A stretch of DNA of 64,000 nucleotides from Faecalibacterium sp. CAG:1138. GTDB lineage: Bacteria > Bacillota > Clostridia > Christensenellales > CAG-917. A program made the position numbers and the translations under genes. Shown piece after piece: positions 36,872 to 47,137 of this stretch; the first letter of the stretch is position 1, and each line of letters opens with the position of its first letter. Location: the NCBI GenBank assembly GCA_000434675.1, contig HF988637.1:106141-170140 (forward strand). The letters are read 5' to 3'. The notes under the pieces were generated by a model. The model was given only the letters and a program-made list of their open reading frames with translations, had not been told where the DNA came from and did not search any database.

Positions 36872-38203
36872 ATGGCTTTTGACAGCTTAAGCGACAAAAT
36901 CAACCACATTTTTTCCAAACTGAAGAATAAGGGCAAGGTTACGGAGCTGGAAATCAAGCAGACCATGCGCGAAATCAGAGTCGCGCTTCTGGAGGCCGAC
37001 GTAAACTACGCCGTCGCAAAGGACTTTTGCCAAAAGGTTTCCGACAAAGCGGTGGGCGAAGACGTCCTAAAAGGCCTGAATCCTGCCCAACAAATCATAA
37101 AAATCGTCAACGAAGAGCTTATAGCTCTTATGGGCAGCCAGAACGCCAAGCTTTCCGTGGCTTCCAAACCGCCTACGATCATAATGATGTGCGGTTTGCA
37201 GGGCGCGGGCAAAACCACCATGTGCGGCAAGCTTGCTTTGCACCTTAAAAAGCAGAACAAAAAAGTGCTTCTGGCGGCTTGCGATATCTACAGACCGGCC
37301 GCAATAAAACAGTTGCAGGTTGTGGGCGAAAAAGTCAAAACTCCGGTTTTCACGATGGGGCAGATAGATCCGGTGAAAATTGCGAAATGCGCCGTTGAAG
37401 AAGCGTTGAAGCAGGGCGCCGACACGCTTATCGTCGACACGGCGGGCAGGCTTCACATCGACGAAGCCTTGATGACCGAACTTCAGAACGTCAAAGCCGC
37501 GGTATCTCCGCAGGAGATATTGCTGGTCGTGGACAGCATGACGGGCCAGGACGCGGTAAACGTAGCCCAAACTTTCAACGAGAAACTGGACGTAACGGGC
37601 GTTATTCTTACCAAGCTCGACGGCGACACCCGCGGCGGTGCGGCGCTTTCGATAAAAGCCGTTACCGGCAAACCTATCAAGTTTTGCGGCATAGGCGAAA
37701 AACCCGAAGATCTGGAGCCGTTTTATCCGGACAGAATGGCGTCGAGGATTCTCGGCATGGGCGACGTGCTCACCCTCATAGAGAAGGCGCAGAACGCTTT
37801 TTCCGAAGAAGAGGCTCTTGCCCTTACCAAAAAACTTAAGGAAAAAACCTTCACGCTTCAGGACTATCTCAATCAGCTTGACAGCGTCAAAAAAATGGGC
37901 AACCTCAAAGATATGCTCAAATTGATTCCGGGCATGGGCAAACAGCTCGCCAACGCCGACATCGACGAATCGAAGATTGCAAGGACCAAAGCGATCATTC
38001 AGTCTATGACGCCGTACGAAAGGGCGCATCCGGAAATACTGAAGGCTTCCAGACGAAAGAGAATAGCGGCGGGAAGCGGCACCAGCATTCAGGAAGTCAA
38101 CCAGATGCTCAAGCAGTTCGAAATGTCCAGAGAAATGATGAAGCAAATGTCGGGCGGCGGCGCAAAACGTTTTATGCGCGGCGGCTTCCCGGGAATGAAA
38201 TAG
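36872..38203 (+). CDS. ffh: Signal recognition particle protein Ffh
   Basis: GTPase motifs 'GLQGAGKTT', 'DTAGR', 'TKLDGD'. Met-rich M domain. Confidence 0.97.
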   Translation: MAFDSLSDKINHIFSKLKNKGKVTELEIKQTMREIRVALLEADVNYAVAKDFCQKVSDKAVGEDVLKGLNPAQQIIKIVNEELIALMGSQNAKLSVASKPPTIIMMCGLQGAGKTTMCGKLALHLKKQNKKVLLAACDIYRPAAIKQLQVVGEKVKTPVFTMGQIDPVKIAKCAVEEALKQGADTLIVDTAGRLHIDEALMTELQNVKAAVSPQEILLVVDSMTGQDAVNVAQTFNEKLDVTGVILTKLDGDTRGGAALSIKAVTGKPIKFCGIGEKPEDLEPFYPDRMASRILGMGDVLTLIEKAQNAFSEEEALALTKKLKEKTFTLQDYLNQLDSVKKMGNLKDMLKLIPGMGKQLANADIDESKIARTKAIIQSMTPYERAHPEILKASRRKRIAAGSGTSIQEVNQMLKQFEMSREMMKQMSGGGAKRFMRGGFPGMK

Positions 38204-38276
38204 CAAACCTCAACCTTTAGGTTGAAACATATTAAAAAATACATTACAAAGGCTTAGGCCTAATAAGGAGAAAACA

Positions 38277-38528
38277 ATGGCAGTTAAACTCAGACTCACC
38301 CGTATGGGCGCAAAGAAAGCACCTTTCTATCGCATCGTCGTTATGGACGGCAGAAAAGCACGTGACGGTCAGTACATCGAACAAATCGGTTACTATGATC
38401 CGACCAAAGAACCGGCAGTCGTCAAAATCGACACCGAAATCGCCAAAAAATGGCTCGACAACGGCGCTCAACCTACCGAAACCGTACGTTCTTTGCTCAA
38501 GAGCGCGGGCGTTATCGAAAGCAAATAG
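38277..38528 (+). CDS. rpsP: 30S ribosomal protein S16
   Basis: '[22 protein letters not shown]'. Confidence 0.97.
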   Translation: MAVKLRLTRMGAKKAPFYRIVVMDGRKARDGQYIEQIGYYDPTKEPAVVKIDTEIAKKWLDNGAQPTETVRSLLKSAGVIESK

Positions 38529-38546
38529 TTCGAGGCAGAGCAAGTA

Positions 38547-38780
38547 ATGCAGGATTTGGTTCAATTTATAGTAACAAACCTTGCTGACGACGCGGAAAAC
38601 ATCGACGTAGAGCTTATCGAAAACGACAATAATTCCGAGATAATCATCACCGCTCCGAAATCGGAAATCGGCAAGATTATCGGTAAGCAAGGACGCATTG
38701 CAAAAGCCATCAGAACGCTTGTTAAGGCGGGTGGCAGCAAGACCGGAAAACGTTACGTCGTTACCATCAACGAAAAATGA
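38547..38780 (+). CDS. khpA: KH-domain RNA-binding protein (YlqC/KhpA)
   Basis: 77 aa. 'IGKIIGKQGRIAKAIRTLV' GxxG KH motif. rpsP-khpA-rimM synteny. Confidence 0.9.
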   Translation: MQDLVQFIVTNLADDAENIDVELIENDNNSEIIITAPKSEIGKIIGKQGRIAKAIRTLVKAGGSKTGKRYVVTINEK

Positions 38781-39283
38781 CTGACTTTTTGACGGTTGGC
38801 AAAATTTTGAAGGCTCAAGGTATAAAGGGGGAAGTGAAAATCGTTCCTCTTACCGACGACCCTCAAAGATTCAAGAAGCTGAAAACGGTGTTTATAGGGC
38901 CGAACAAGCCCCTGAACATCGATTTTTTGCGTTTTGACGATCGTTTCGTCTATGTCAAATTTGCCGAGTGCAACAACAGAAACGACGCGGAAGCGCTTTC
39001 GGGGAAAGAGATTCTCGTCGAAAGAGCCGACGCCGTGAAGCTGCCGAAGGGCAGGTATTTCATCGTGGACGTCGTGGGCTGCGACGCGGTACTCGGCGGC
39101 AAGGTCATCGGCAAAGTTACCGACGTAAATCAGAATGCGCCGATTGACGTTTACGTTCTTGACGACGGCAAAATTATGTTCCCGTCCGCCGAAAACGTAC
39201 TTGAAAAAGTGGACGTAGAAAACAAAACGATCACCTTAAACGAAGAGGCCTTTTCGCGCCTTGCGGTGTATGATAACCTTTAA
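38777..39283 (+). CDS. rimM: 16S rRNA processing protein RimM
   Basis: 'VGKILKAQGIKGEVKI' PRC-barrel family start. Synteny. Confidence 0.92.
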   Translation: MTDFLTVGKILKAQGIKGEVKIVPLTDDPQRFKKLKTVFIGPNKPLNIDFLRFDDRFVYVKFAECNNRNDAEALSGKEILVERADAVKLPKGRYFIVDVVGCDAVLGGKVIGKVTDVNQNAPIDVYVLDDGKIMFPSAENVLEKVDVENKTITLNEEAFSRLAVYDNL

Positions 39284-39953
39284 GATTTTAACTCTGTTTC
39301 CCGAATTTTACTCATGCCTGAAAAGCGGCATAATCGGCAAGGCCATCGAGCGTGGCCTTTTCGGCGTGGAAATAGTGAATATCCGCGACTACAGCGAGGA
39401 CAAGCACAAGCGTTGCGACGACTATCCTTTCGGCGGAGGCGCGGGCATGGTTATGACGCCCGATCCTATTCACAAGGCAATTTGCGCCGTGGATCCGGAG
39501 CATAAGGCGAGAAGGATTTTTATGTCGCCGAGAGGGCAGGTGCTTACGCAAAAGAAGGTCAAAGAGCTTTCGTCGGGCGAGGAAATTCTGTTTTTGTGCG
39601 GCAGCTACGAGGGCGTCGATCAGCGAGTTGTGGACATGGACATCGACGAGGAATTGTCGATAGGCGACTACGTTCTGACGAGCGGCGATCCCGCGGCTCT
39701 CGTTACGCTTAATTCCGTCGTAAGATACGTTCCCGGCGTTCTGGGAAGCGAGCAGTCCACCGAGGAAGAGAGCTTCAGCACGAATTTGCTGGAATATCCG
39801 CAATACACGAGGCCGCAAAACTATATGGGCATGGAAGTGCCGGAGGTTCTCGTCAGCGGAAATCACGGGTTGGTTGACAAGTGGCGCTATGAAAAAGCTT
39901 TGGAAATCACCAAAAAGCGCCGTCCCGATCTTTTGGAAAAGGAGGGCGAGTGA
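39270..39953 (+). CDS. trmD: tRNA (guanine37-N1)-methyltransferase
   Basis: 'ILTLFPEF', 'DDYPFGGGAGMVM', 'SIGDYVLTSG'. Confidence 0.95.
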   Translation: MITFKILTLFPEFYSCLKSGIIGKAIERGLFGVEIVNIRDYSEDKHKRCDDYPFGGGAGMVMTPDPIHKAICAVDPEHKARRIFMSPRGQVLTQKKVKELSSGEEILFLCGSYEGVDQRVVDMDIDEELSIGDYVLTSGDPAALVTLNSVVRYVPGVLGSEQSTEEESFSTNLLEYPQYTRPQNYMGMEVPEVLVSGNHGLVDKWRYEKALEITKKRRPDLLEKEGE

Positions 39954-40798
39954 TGGGCGTCATTCAATGGTACCCGGGGCACATGACCAAGGCCACCAGA
40001 GAAATGGAGGAAAACGTCAAAAAATGCGACGTCATCGTCTATGTTCTGGACAGCAGGGCGATTTCCGCCTGCATAAACCCGAAATTTGACCAAATTATAA
40101 AAAACAAACCCGTGTTGTACGTTTTCAACAAGGCCGACACCGTCGAGCCGTTTATGCTTAAGCCTTGGTGCGACAAGTTCGAAAAAGAAGGCAAAACCTA
40201 CGTCAAAGCCAACAGCGTGGCGGGGAAGGAAAGCGGCCTTATTGTTGCAAAACTGAAAGAACTTTGCTTTGCAAAACTGGAAAACTATCGGAAAAAAGGC
40301 GTAAACGCTTCGATAAGGGCGATGGTTCTGGGGATACCTAACGGCGGAAAGTCCACGCTCATCAACAGCCTGTGCAGTGGCAAAAAAACCGTAACGGGCG
40401 ACCGGCCGGGCGTAACCAAAGGCCAGCAGTGGATTGCCGTGTCGAAGGGGATAGACCTGCTGGACACTCCGGGCACGCTTTGGCCGAGCTTCGAGGATCA
40501 GGAGACAGCAAAGCATCTCGTTTACATCGGAAGCATAAAGGACGACGTCGTGGACAAAAACGAAATCTGTCTGTTCTTTTTGGGCTTTATGCAGCAGCAC
40601 TATCCGAAAAATCTTTGCGAAAGGTACAATCTTTCTGTCCTTTCGGAAACGCCGATTGAAATTTACGAGCAGATCGCCCGCGCAAGAGGTTACGTCGTCA
40701 GAGGCGGCCAAATAGATTACGACCGCACCGCGGCCGCCGTTTTGGACGATTTCAGAAAACAACGCTTAGGCAAACTGATACTGGAATATCCCGACTGA
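39953..40798 (+). CDS. rbgA: Ribosome biogenesis GTPase A (YlqF/RbgA)
   Basis: 'IQWYPGHMTKA'. Circularly permuted GTPase: 'NKAD' precedes 'GIPNGGKST'. Confidence 0.93.
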   Translation: MGVIQWYPGHMTKATREMEENVKKCDVIVYVLDSRAISACINPKFDQIIKNKPVLYVFNKADTVEPFMLKPWCDKFEKEGKTYVKANSVAGKESGLIVAKLKELCFAKLENYRKKGVNASIRAMVLGIPNGGKSTLINSLCSGKKTVTGDRPGVTKGQQWIAVSKGIDLLDTPGTLWPSFEDQETAKHLVYIGSIKDDVVDKNEICLFFLGFMQQHYPKNLCERYNLSVLSETPIEIYEQIARARGYVVRGGQIDYDRTAAAVLDDFRKQRLGKLILEYPD

Positions 40799-40800
40799 AT

Positions 40801-41424
40801 ATGAAACAAAACACCGACGTTCAAAGTCTTCTGACTTACGAAAAATATTACCTCGAAAAAGGTTGCAGGTATATCTGCGGCGTGGACGAGGTCGGAAGAG
40901 GGCCGCTTGCGGGCCCCGTTACCGTGTGCGCGGTTATTATGGATTTGGATAAACTCGTTAGCGGCGTAAACGACAGCAAAAAGCTGACGGCAAAGAAAAG
41001 AGAGGCGCTCTACGACAAAATCATCGCCTCCGCAATCGACTACAAAATCGTCAGTCTGGACAACGACGTTATCGACCGAATCAACATTTTAGCGGCCACA
41101 AAAGAGGCAATGAAACAGGCGGTTTGCGGTTTGAAGGTGAAACCCGACGTCGTTCTGGTGGACGCGGTGAAGCTGGAAATTCCTTATTCCGTACATTCCA
41201 TAATCCACGGCGACGCGCTCAGCTATTCCATAGGCGCGGCGTCGATTCTGGCGAAGGTTTACCGCGACAGACTGATGGACGACTATGACAAAATTTTCCC
41301 CGAATACGGGTTTTCGTCCAACAAAGGTTACGGCAGCGCAAAGCATATCGCCGCCCTGAAAGAGTTCGGTCCCACGCCGATCCACAGAAAAACTTTCATT
41401 AAAAACTTTTGTTCGGAGGAGTAG
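40801..41424 (+). CDS. rnhB: Ribonuclease HII
   Basis: 'GVDEVGRGPLAGPV', '..DSKKL..'. Confidence 0.95.
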   Translation: MKQNTDVQSLLTYEKYYLEKGCRYICGVDEVGRGPLAGPVTVCAVIMDLDKLVSGVNDSKKLTAKKREALYDKIIASAIDYKIVSLDNDVIDRINILAATKEAMKQAVCGLKVKPDVVLVDAVKLEIPYSVHSIIHGDALSYSIGAASILAKVYRDRLMDDYDKIFPEYGFSSNKGYGSAKHIAALKEFGPTPIHRKTFIKNFCSEE

Positions 41425-41763
41425 ATGAATTCCAGAAAAGAGGGGGTATCGGGCGAGGAGCTTGCCATAGAATATCTCAAAAAACAAGGGCTTAAAGTGG
41501 TGGAGCAAAACGTCAGAATGACCGTCGGCGAAATAGACGTCGTGTGCTACGACGGGGACGTTCTGGTGTTTGTGGAAGTGAAAACCAGAAGCACGCTTGC
41601 TTTCGGCGATCCGTTGGAGGCCATCGACAGGCGCAAGGTGCAAAAGTACAGGAAAATGGCGGAAGAATACATCGTCAGACGTCGTTTGTTCGACAAAGAC
41701 GTTCGTTTCGACGCCGTGGGCATCGTGGGCGACTCGATAAACTACGTTCCCGACGCTTTTTGA
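41425..41763 (+). CDS. yraN: YraN-family (UPF0102) endonuclease-like protein
   Basis: 'GEIDVVCYDGDVLVFVEVKTR' PD-(D/E)xK core. Confidence 0.88.
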   Translation: MNSRKEGVSGEELAIEYLKKQGLKVVEQNVRMTVGEIDVVCYDGDVLVFVEVKTRSTLAFGDPLEAIDRRKVQKYRKMAEEYIVRRRLFDKDVRFDAVGIVGDSINYVPDAF

Positions 41764-41783
41764 TAAAAAAATATTTATTTTTT

Positions 41784-41817
41784 GCCGACAGGCCGCCAAA
41801 ACGCTTGTCGGCTTTTA
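41784..41817 (+). terminator. Probable terminator after yraN
   Basis: GCCGACA...TGTCGGC (15-nt loop) followed by TTTT. Confidence 0.45.
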
Positions 41818-41908
41818 TATTTTATGCTAAAATATTTGCATTATGACTTCGGGCGGTCCTCTGCCGGCGGGGCAAGAACGCTTAGTAAATTTTTGGAGGT
41901 AAAGTCAC

Positions 41909-42256
41909 ATGAGCAACATTATCGATTTAATTGAAAGCGAAGGTATTCGCAAGGATCTGCCTAACTTCAACGTAGGCGACACCGTCAAAGTTTTCGTCAA
42001 AGTCGTCGAAGGCAACAAAGAACGTCTTCAGGCTTACGAAGGCACCGTCATCGCAAGAAAGAACGGCGGCATTCGCGAAACTTTCACCGTTCGTCGTATC
42101 TGCTACGGCGTCGGCGTTGAAAGAACGTTCCCTTTGAACAGTCCGAAAATCGACAGAATCGAAATCGTAAGACGCGGTCGTGTTCGTCGCGCCAAGTTGT
42201 ACTACCTGCGTGATCGCAAGGGCAAGGCAGCTAAAGTCAAAGAAATCAAGAGATAA
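41909..42256 (+). CDS. rplS: 50S ribosomal protein L19
   Basis: '[37 protein letters not shown]'. Confidence 0.97.
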   Translation: MSNIIDLIESEGIRKDLPNFNVGDTVKVFVKVVEGNKERLQAYEGTVIARKNGGIRETFTVRRICYGVGVERTFPLNSPKIDRIEIVRRGRVRRAKLYYLRDRKGKAAKVKEIKR

Positions 42257-42261
42257 CGAAA

Positions 42262-44292
42262 ATGAAAAAATTTACCGCTGTTCTGCTGGTGTTGGTGATA
42301 GCGGGCATGATCATTTCGCTTGCCGGATGCGACAAAGACGTCGTGTATGGCGAGAAAAGCGAACTGATTCAATACGGCTCGTTCGAATCGAGCGTAGCGG
42401 AAAACCACTGGAAGAGCAAATATTCTTCCGCAACGGTTCAGAAGGTTACTCTCAGCGAATCCACCGACAGCACTCACAAAAACGTGGGCAAAATCACGGC
42501 CGCCAAGTCGGATTATGCCTACATGTATCAAACGATTGCGGTCAACAATTCCGCCATATATCGTTTGACGATCGACATTAAAGTCACAACGGTAACCTCT
42601 TCCAAAGAAGACGCTGTGTCCGTAAGGCTCAGCACCAACGTTCACAGTCCGCTCGTAAGCATCGGAAGCGGGGACAACCAGTGGCATACTTACGAAGTTT
42701 ATTTCAAGGTGGCCGACGGCGAAACCGCAGATTTGATGCTTTGTCTGGGCAGTGAAACGGCGAAAGCTTCCGGCGTGGCTATGTTCGACAACGTTTCCGT
42801 TCAGAGAGTCAAATCGGCTCCGTCCGGCGCGTCCGTTCTGAAAATCAAGCAGTATAAAGCCGAAGAAGCGGGCAAGAGCACCGCAGGCGTCTGGTACGAC
42901 GTTCTTCTTGCCGTGTTCACCGTGGTTCTTTGCGTGGCCGTTTACGTCGCAATGCGTCGTTTTTACGCCAAAGAAAGCGAATCGGGCGAAGACAAAGCGC
43001 TTTTCGGAAACTCCTACGTTACCTTGACGATCAGCCTCGTTGCGGCGTTTTTGGTAAGATTTTTGCTTTCCTACTTCGTGTTTGCGGACAGTCATCTTTC
43101 CGCGCACCTCGTCGAAACGATAAAGGAAGTCGGCAAAGTTTCGTTGGATAAGGTTTACACCACCGACGTAACCGCGGCTCCGGGCGGCATGTTCATTATG
43201 TGGGCGGTCGCAAAAGTCGCCGCGCTTCTGAAGGTCAACACGGTCGTCGGCATTGCTGTTCTCGCAAGCGCGCCTGCCGTTCTGGCCGAGGTCGTAACCG
43301 TTTACTGCATTTTCGTTCTGGCCAGAAAGTTCGGCAATGAAAAATCCGCGGGTCTGTATTCTTTGCTTTACGCGCTTCTGCCGCTCACGTTCACCGTTGC
43401 GGCGCAGAGCGGATACGAAATTTCCGTTCTGACGATGCTCGTCGTGTTGGTTGCGGTGATGCTTCTGGACAAAAAGTACGTCGGTATGTTCGTTTTCAGC
43501 ACCTTGGCGTTTTTGCTTACCGAAAAAGCAATCGTCATCGTTCCGTTCGTTCTGACTTACGCCGTCTATATGTCGGTGAAGGACAGGGAAGTGCTGAAAA
43601 AAGTCTGCATATCCGCCGCTTGCTCCTTGGCCGGCTGGTTTTTGCTCAGCTTGCCGCTCAACGTCAAAAATCCGCTTAACGTTTTCAAGGTTTACTGGGA
43701 TTTGACGTTCACGAGCCAGATTTGCGTGGACAACGCTTTCAACCTCTACGCAATTTTCGGACTTAACGACGGCAGAGCGGTGAACACCGCAGCTATGGTT
43801 TTGAACGCGCTGTTTATGGTGGCGTTCGGCGTGCTTGTCATTTGCCTGTATTTCAAAAACCGTCATCGTGCGGAATTTCTGATGCTTGCAGGCTTGTTTA
43901 TGATCGGCGTTTCGACGTGCTGCTTAAATCAAAGCGCAGTCAGCCTCGTTCCGGGCCTCGCTATGCTTCTCGTATATGCGATAGTTTCCGGCGACAAACG
44001 CTTCTACGCCTTGTTCGTTGCCTTTGCAACCTTGGGATTCGTGAACTACGCTTCGCTCCTCAACCTGCAATCGGCATTCGGCACGGCACACGTTGAGGTG
44101 GGCTTCGGCGCCAAAAACGCGCTGCTCATCGTCGGCAGCATCGTGGCGGTCGTCCTCACCGGCGTTTACGGCTGGTTGGCGTACAAAGTCACAATCAATG
44201 ACGATCACAGGGAAATCACCCCTCTCTACGACAGAACCGGCGTTGCTTTCAAAAACTGGGTTCTGAGAATGATGGGAAAAGAAGCTCTCTGA
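42262..44292 (+). CDS. Large membrane protein: lipobox signal, ~190-aa extracytoplasmic beta-rich (CBM-like) domain, polytopic C-terminal region (possibly GT-C-type glycosyltransferase)
   Basis: 'MIISLAGC' lipobox. 'YGSFES...W' resembles CBM4/9-like starts. At least 10 hydrophobic segments. 'DNAFNLYAIFG' resembles a loop motif of ALG6/ALG8-type GT-C enzymes. Function not established. Confidence 0.5.
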   Translation: MKKFTAVLLVLVIAGMIISLAGCDKDVVYGEKSELIQYGSFESSVAENHWKSKYSSATVQKVTLSESTDSTHKNVGKITAAKSDYAYMYQTIAVNNSAIYRLTIDIKVTTVTSSKEDAVSVRLSTNVHSPLVSIGSGDNQWHTYEVYFKVADGETADLMLCLGSETAKASGVAMFDNVSVQRVKSAPSGASVLKIKQYKAEEAGKSTAGVWYDVLLAVFTVVLCVAVYVAMRRFYAKESESGEDKALFGNSYVTLTISLVAAFLVRFLLSYFVFADSHLSAHLVETIKEVGKVSLDKVYTTDVTAAPGGMFIMWAVAKVAALLKVNTVVGIAVLASAPAVLAEVVTVYCIFVLARKFGNEKSAGLYSLLYALLPLTFTVAAQSGYEISVLTMLVVLVAVMLLDKKYVGMFVFSTLAFLLTEKAIVIVPFVLTYAVYMSVKDREVLKKVCISAACSLAGWFLLSLPLNVKNPLNVFKVYWDLTFTSQICVDNAFNLYAIFGLNDGRAVNTAAMVLNALFMVAFGVLVICLYFKNRHRAEFLMLAGLFMIGVSTCCLNQSAVSLVPGLAMLLVYAIVSGDKRFYALFVAFATLGFVNYASLLNLQSAFGTAHVEVGFGAKNALLIVGSIVAVVLTGVYGWLAYKVTINDDHREITPLYDRTGVAFKNWVLRMMGKEAL

Positions 44293-44307
44293 TAAACCGA
44301 TAAATTA

Positions 44308-44339
44308 CCCTCGCAGTCTGCGAGGGTTTTTTGTTTTTT
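44308..44339 (+). terminator. Rho-independent terminator
   Basis: CCCTCGCAG-t-CTGCGAGGG followed by TTTTTTGTTTTTT. Confidence 0.8.
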
Positions 44340-44510
44340 CCCGCACGACGTGCGTGCGAAGACAATACTTAAATATAATATGTGCTTATTTAAGTACATT
44401 ATTAAGTCGGCAAAAAAACGCCTTATTTTTCAAAAAAACGCATACAATTATATTGCATTTTCCGTCATAGTTTGCTACACTAAATGATAGTTATTCTATG
44501 GAGATTTGAA

Positions 44511-46043
44511 ATGCTTGCAAAAGTTAATACGTTCGCTCTTTCCGGCCTCGAAGGCTACAAGGTGGACGTGGAAGTCGATTTGAATCAAGGGTTGCCGGGC
44601 GTGGAAATGGTAGGGCTTGCCTCCGCCAGCGTCCGAGAAGCCAAAGAAAGGATACGAAGCGCCATAAAAAACGTCGGGTACACCTATCCCTTAAAAAGGA
44701 TAACCGTCAACCTTGCCCCAGCCGACACCAGAAAGGACGGCTCGACGTTCGACCTTCCGATAGCCGTCGGCATACTTGCCGCCAGCGAACAGATGGAACG
44801 CTCGGTTTATAAGGAATTTATAATTATGGGCGAGCTTTCCCTAAACGGCGAGCTGAGGAAAATCGACGGCGTTTTGCCGCTTATCATAAGCGCGTATCAG
44901 CAAGGATATTCGAAATTTATTCTTCCTGCGGACAACGCTGCGGAAGCCAGCTTTATCGAAGGCGTCAAGGTTTATGCGGCAAAAAGCCTCAGGGACGTGG
45001 TGGAATTTCTGAACGGGGACGAGGCTTTGGCTCCCGTTCCGCACAAAAAGTACGACGAAATGGTGAACGAAACGCAGTACGCCGTGGACTTTGCCGACGT
45101 AAAAGGGCAGACTACCGCAAAACGCGCTTTGGAAATCGCCGTTGCGGGAGGGCATAACGTTCTTCTTATAGGGCCGCCGGGCGCGGGCAAAACCATGCTT
45201 TCAAGATGCGTGCCGACGATTATGCCCGATATGAGCTTTGACGAAGCGATCGAGGTTACGAAGATTCATTCGGTTGCGGGCGTTTTAGACAGTCAGGTGG
45301 GGATAATCACCGTCAGGCCGTTCCGCGCGCCGCATCATACGGCAAGCTTGCCGTCGCTTGTGGGCGGAGGTTCCAACGCTATGCCGGGCGAAGTCAGTCT
45401 GGCGCACAACGGCGTGCTGTTTTTGGACGAAATGCCCGAATACGACAGAAAAAAACTGGAAAGTCTGAGAGGTCCGCTGGAGGACAAAACGGTTACTATC
45501 GCGCGCGCCGCAAGAACGGTGGAATATCCTGCGAACTTTATGCTTATCGCAAGTATGAATCCTTGTCCGTGTGGCAATTATGGCAGTAAGACGGCGGTGT
45601 GCAAATGCTCGCCGACGCAAATTCACAATTATCTTGCAAAAATCAGCGGTCCGCTTCTGGACAGAATAGATCTGCAAATCGAAGTCGACAGCGTCAGCTA
45701 CGGCGAACTTAGAGACAAAACCGCGCTGGAGTCGTCCGCCGACATAAAACGCCGCACCAACGCCGTCAGAAATCTTTGCCGCAGCCGCTTCAAGGGTACG
45801 GGCGTTCTCACCAACAGCCAGATGACCAACAGGCAGATAAAGGAATTTTGCGCTTTGGACGACAGATGCGAACAGCTTTTGGAAAAAGCGTTTCAGAAGC
45901 TCAATCTTTCCGCAAGGGCAACTTCGAGAGTGCTGAAGGTTGCAAGGACCATTGCCGACCTCGACGGCAGCGAAAACATCAGGCCGGAACATATCGCCGA
46001 AGCCGTGCAGTATCGGTCTTTGGACAGAAAATACAGAAACTGA
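44511..46043 (+). CDS. comM: YifB/ComM-family Mg-chelatase-like AAA+ ATPase
   Basis: 'MLAKVNTFALSGLEGYKVDVEVDL', Walker A 'GPPGAGKTM', 'VLFLDEMPE'. Confidence 0.92.
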   Translation: MLAKVNTFALSGLEGYKVDVEVDLNQGLPGVEMVGLASASVREAKERIRSAIKNVGYTYPLKRITVNLAPADTRKDGSTFDLPIAVGILAASEQMERSVYKEFIIMGELSLNGELRKIDGVLPLIISAYQQGYSKFILPADNAAEASFIEGVKVYAAKSLRDVVEFLNGDEALAPVPHKKYDEMVNETQYAVDFADVKGQTTAKRALEIAVAGGHNVLLIGPPGAGKTMLSRCVPTIMPDMSFDEAIEVTKIHSVAGVLDSQVGIITVRPFRAPHHTASLPSLVGGGSNAMPGEVSLAHNGVLFLDEMPEYDRKKLESLRGPLEDKTVTIARAARTVEYPANFMLIASMNPCPCGNYGSKTAVCKCSPTQIHNYLAKISGPLLDRIDLQIEVDSVSYGELRDKTALESSADIKRRTNAVRNLCRSRFKGTGVLTNSQMTNRQIKEFCALDDRCEQLLEKAFQKLNLSARATSRVLKVARTIADLDGSENIRPEHIAEAVQYRSLDRKYRN

Positions 46044-46044
46044 A

Positions 46045-47127
46045 ATGGAATTTAACAAAAACGTTCAGGCGCTTATCGCGCTGAACGGCTTGGAAATAGG
46101 TCTTTCCAGAAAACATAACGCGGTGTCGCTGTTCGAGCAGCCTGCCGACATGTTTACTGAAGCGGAGGACGCGCTCTTCGAGCTTAAAAAAGCCGTGGGC
46201 GAAGAAAACGCTTTGACTCTTTTGAAAAATCTGAAAAGCGACTACGTTTCCGACAGAGCGAAAGAAATGGAAAAAGAGGGCGTTTTTGCGGTGTCTTATC
46301 TCGACGGCGAGTACCCTGAAATTTTCGACGGGGTTTATCCGAAGCCGCTCTTGCTTTACGTCAAGGGGAACGTTTCGCTCTTAAAGTCGGAAACCGTGGC
46401 GGTTGCCGGGCCGAGAAAACCGACTCGCTATGCCGAAACGGTAACTTACGATTTCTGCACCGAATTTGCAAAAGCGGGGCTTACCGTCGTTTCGGGGCTT
46501 GCCGCGGGCATAGACGGCACGGCGCACAGGGCCGCGCTCGACGCGGGCGGAAAAACCGTTGCGGTGGTTGCCAACGGACTGGACGTAGTTTATCCGGCGG
46601 AGCACAGGGGACTTAGGGAGAGCATTCTTCTTAATGATGGTTTAATAATTTCGGAGTATAAATTAAAGACAAAACCGAATGCCTATCAGTTCCCCGAACG
46701 AAACAGACTTATATGCGGCCTGGCAAAAGCGTTGTTCGTTCCCGAAGCCGCGTCGAAAAGCGGAACGATGATAACTTTGAACCTTGCCGCCGAGCAGGGG
46801 AAAGAGGTTTTTATCACGCCGTCCAACATCAATAACCCCGAAGCCTCCGGCAGCAACAAATGCCTTCAACAGGGCGCGAGAATGGCGCTTTCGGCCTCGG
46901 ACGTTCTGGACTTTTACGATTTGTCCTTAGGCGCAAAATCAAAAGCGGTGCAGATAAGTTTGTCGGAACAAGTGATTCTGGACGTGCTGAAACAGGGCGA
47001 AATGCATTTCGAGGAAATTCTCGAAAAAAGCGAATTTAACGTCAACGAGCTTCAAAGTATCCTTGCGGAGATGGAAATCGACGACCTCGTCGTCAAATCC
47101 GACGGAAACTTTTACTCTTTGAGATAA
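46045..47127 (+). CDS. dprA: DNA-processing protein DprA (Smf)
   Basis: 'GLAAGIDGTAHRAAL', 'FPERNRLICGL'. ATG 46045 lies just after the comM stop. Confidence 0.92.
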   Translation: MEFNKNVQALIALNGLEIGLSRKHNAVSLFEQPADMFTEAEDALFELKKAVGEENALTLLKNLKSDYVSDRAKEMEKEGVFAVSYLDGEYPEIFDGVYPKPLLLYVKGNVSLLKSETVAVAGPRKPTRYAETVTYDFCTEFAKAGLTVVSGLAAGIDGTAHRAALDAGGKTVAVVANGLDVVYPAEHRGLRESILLNDGLIISEYKLKTKPNAYQFPERNRLICGLAKALFVPEAASKSGTMITLNLAAEQGKEVFITPSNINNPEASGSNKCLQQGARMALSASDVLDFYDLSLGAKSKAVQISLSEQVILDVLKQGEMHFEEILEKSEFNVNELQSILAEMEIDDLVVKSDGNFYSLR

Positions 47128-47137
47128 TGGAGAAGAA

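Noticed and set aside
41841-41908. Possible ribosomal-protein L19 leader structure upstream of rplS
   Set aside because: This GC-rich segment has some self-complementarity (GCCGGC). I cannot reproduce the L19-leader consensus from memory or define convincing helices, so it is left uncalled.
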